A DNA stretch of 64,000 nt from Podarcis bocagei (lineage: Eukaryota). The notes under the pieces are model-generated. The model ran no database searches. It was not told where the DNA came from and saw nothing but the letters and a program-made list of their open reading frames with translations. Below are positions 61,185 through 64,000 of this stretch, piece by piece; the first letter of the stretch is position 1, and every line of letters starts with the position of its first letter. Both the position numbers and the translations under genes were made by a program. Where the stretch lies: the NCBI GenBank assembly GCA_964188305.1, contig OZ076892.1, one strand, 5' to 3'.

Positions 61185-63504
61185 TATAATGGAACAGAAG
61201 GCAAGGTGAACCCAGGACACTTACTGTCCATAAAATAAGTCAGCCTTTTTTCTTCTTGTTGTTGGAAGACAGCAGGGATGGGGAACATGCAGCCCTCCAG
61301 ATATTGTTGGACTCAACTCCCATAACCTCTTACCATTGGCTTTGCTGGCTGGAGCTTATGGGAGTTAGGGTTAGGGTTCCAACAACATCTGAAAGGTCAC
61401 ATACTCCCCATCCTTGGAGCCAGGAATTGACAGTCTGTCTGTCTTGTGGAGAAAAGCATTGAGCTCTCTCGATGTTTTGTGCATGGAGGGGGAGGAAGAA
61501 TTTAGCTTGTCTCACCCTTTTGCTCAGTTGCCATAACGTCTAAAAAAGAGAGAGAGAATGCACATGAAGTTAGCGCGAGTGTAGGATCGTTCAGGTGCTG
61601 TGCCAAATATGCATTTTGGGAGCAGGCCAGCAAGCTGTCTTCCCTACCAGCACGCACACTCTCTCTGCACCTTGTGCATTCTGAGTCACCTCTGAACAGC
61701 CCTAAAAACTCTGTATGGGGATTTAATTGCAAATGACTGATCTAAGGTGGCAGATATAGTTGTCCGAAAAGGAGGCGACTGGGGCATTTTAACTGCTGCA
61801 GCTTTTTGTGTCATAGTCCTCTTTCTGTAGGCGGTCTCCCAGTTCCCGTAACGCCATATATTGGCCATTGATTAGCAGTCGATTCAGGGACAGGCGAAAT
61901 AAATGACTGCAGAATCAACCCCTGGAACTTTCTGCCACTGGTTGTGGCGCTACCAGGTTGATACTTGCTTTGACAGCTTCATATTATTCGCCACGGTGTC
62001 TAAACAGAATCTCCATGCTCAGGGGCAGTCTGCCCTCTAAGGCCAGTGGCTGGGCAGCGGTCAGCGGTGGGGTGATGCTACCTTGGCATGCCCTGCTTCT
62101 GGGATCTGAGGAGGCTCCTGGGGCACCTGCTAAAGGTGCCCTCTTCTGCCCGACTCTCAGAAGGCATCGAGACCCTCGTCTCTGCCTGATCCTCTTTGGC
62201 GTTTTTGCTTGGCCTGCGCCATCTCCTGCCCCTTTTGCAGCTGCCTCCAGCCGCCGGCCTCAAGGTGTGGGTTCCCCCTGCTGCCTCTTTCCCCGAGGCC
62301 AGCCTGGCACAGGCAGGAGAAAGGCACACAGAATATCAATCAGGTGCCAGCGCAGAGGTCAGAGCGGTGGGGTGGGGGAGGGGGGCTTTGCTTCAAGGCC
62401 GAGAGCCGCGCGGCAGCGTTTCATGCTCCCTGCCTCCCTTTTGTAGAATATCAGCAGCCCTCGTGAGCTGCATCCTTGATGCGCCCGACGCCTCATACCG
62501 GAATCTCATTGCAGCAGGCGCAAGGATGGAGCCTGAGATGGAGAGGGCGGTGTGTGTGTGTGTGCGCACACGCTGGGTGTGTGTGTCAGGAAATGGAGGT
62601 AGTGGTGGGCAATTTTGGAAGCTGGACTGTTTTAGAAGGGGTGGGGGAGCGAACTCTGCAGGTCCACTTTGAATTATGGCATCAAAGCACCAGGGCAGGT
62701 GGCTGCTTGCCATGCAGGGCTCCTCCTGCTTCTTAAGAGTTGCGGAGAGGAAAGAGTTGGGGCAGGGATGGTGGCAGAAGGCCGCCCTCGCCCAAATTCA
62801 CTTCATGTCTTCACCTCCACAGCTGTTTGTTTGCGGTTGGAGTGGGAAGCTCTCTTTTCCCTTATTGATCTGGCAACCTGACCTCCTTTTGAGGTTTGTC
62901 TCCTCACACCGTAGCAGTGCCTTTTCACAGCGGCTTGATGTACAGGAGATGCAAGCAGGAGGAAAAGCTTCATTTGCCGCCGGGGGTGTCACCCGGTTAA
63001 ATGAAAAGGCAGATCCACGCAGCATGCTTTCGAAGGCCACCCGATGCATATTTGAAGCACATGGCTTCCCCCCAAGGAATCCTGGGAACTGCAGTTTGTG
63101 AACGGGTGCTGTGAATTGCAGCTCTGTGAGTAGGAACCTACCGTTTCCAGGATCCTTTGGAGGGAGCCATGCTCTTTGAATGTGTGGTGTAGGTCCACCC
63201 AAAATGTAAAAGGCTTTTGTGGGGGTATGGAGCACAGAGGAGGATGCCCACAGCCTCTCTGCTTGACTTCCCCCAAGGAATTGTGGGAGCTGTAGTTTAT
63301 TAAGCATGGCAAGAATTGGAGCTACAGTTCCCAGGGGGGAATCATGTGCTTTTAAATGTTCACTGGGTGTGCTTCAAATGGATCTGCCCAATGTTTACCC
63401 TACTCTGAGTAGTCCCAGTATAATCAATAGATTTTAATTAGTCCTGTCCATTGGTTTCAGTGGGCTTGTCTTAGATGAAGCGTTTACCCCAGTTTGAGAG
63501 TGAT

Positions 63505-63872
63505 GGCCAGAACGGCAGTGTAGAGTTTTGGGCTAGAACTTGCATGACCAGGGTTCAAATTGGAACCACCCTGGGTAGCTCAGCTGGTTACAGCATGCTT
63601 CTGATAATGCCAAGGTTGCAGGTTTGATCCCTGTATGGGACAGCTGCATATTCCTGATTTGTAGAATGATCCTCAAGGTCCTTTCCAACTCTAAAGTTCT
63701 ATGATTCTACGATTCCCCACTTAGCTGGGAAACTCACTGGGTGACTTTGGGCCAGCCACTGCCTCTCAGACTAACCTGCCTCACAGGGTTGTTGCGCAGA
63801 TAAAATGAGGAGGGGGAGAAGCATATACAAACCACCCCAAGCTCCTTGGTGGGATATAAATGCAATAAAAAT
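63505..63872 (+). mobile_element. older CORE-like SINE interrupted at 63561-63714
   Basis: GACCAGGGTTCAAAT resumes as CCCCACTTAGC...CTCACTGGGTGACTTTGGGCCAG...CCTCACAGGGTTGTTG. Confidence 0.75.
63569..63714 (+). mobile_element. SINE with tRNA-Ile-derived head and CR1 3' tail
   Basis: TAGCTCAGCTGGTTACAGC...CTGATAATGCCAAGGTTGCAGGTTTGATCCCTGTATGGG matches tRNA-Ile; tail ATATTCCTG...GGTCCTTTCCAACTCTAAAGTTCTATGATTCTACGATT. Confidence 0.8.
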
Positions 63873-64000
63873 TCTTCTGAGACGCTGCCTGTCACCTGCA
63901 AATTTTATTAGCACTTACATTTAATATAGGTAACATTTTTAAAATATATTTTTTTAAAAAGCCACATTAATTATGGATCCGCTTTTAAGGTTTTTGACTG

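Noticed and set aside
60300-61238. 312-aa ORF, the longest in the window
   Set aside because: It is a truncated, frameshifted RTE ORF2 read in from flanking DNA, not a host gene
61341-61380. TTAGGGTTAGGG telomeric motif
   Set aside because: Only two units, arising inside a hAT-type MITE; not an interstitial telomere array

Overview
Vertebrate non-coding DNA, almost certainly from a squamate and most likely a lacertid lizard, judged from Sauria SINEs, BovB, CR1, young L2 and Penelope remnants. I could not recognise any host protein-coding gene: the ORFs with recognisable products are all pieces of LINE ORF2 (L2, CR1, BovB, RTE, L1). The window looks like a large intron or intergenic region packed with nested transposons: about 12 TA-flanked Tc1/mariner-pogo MITEs, hAT MITEs, 5 Sauria SINEs and several CORE-like tRNA SINEs. 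Unique homeodomain/POU/RFX-motif-rich blocks between them look like developmental enhancers. There are two assembly gaps. Main observations: (1) short SINEs that share one CR1 3' tail but carry three different tRNA heads (Lys, Asn, Ile), with the matching CR1 in the same window; (2) a U6 retrocopy with an extra polyadenylated 3' extension, inserted into a SINE that also received an L1 fragment; (3) a Penelope remnant with a degenerate hammerhead ribozyme; (4) a MITE family carrying NRF1/ETS/CRE motifs; (5) an RFX X-box cluster. Family names come from recognising sequence by eye, not from database searches, and boundaries without TSDs are approximate.
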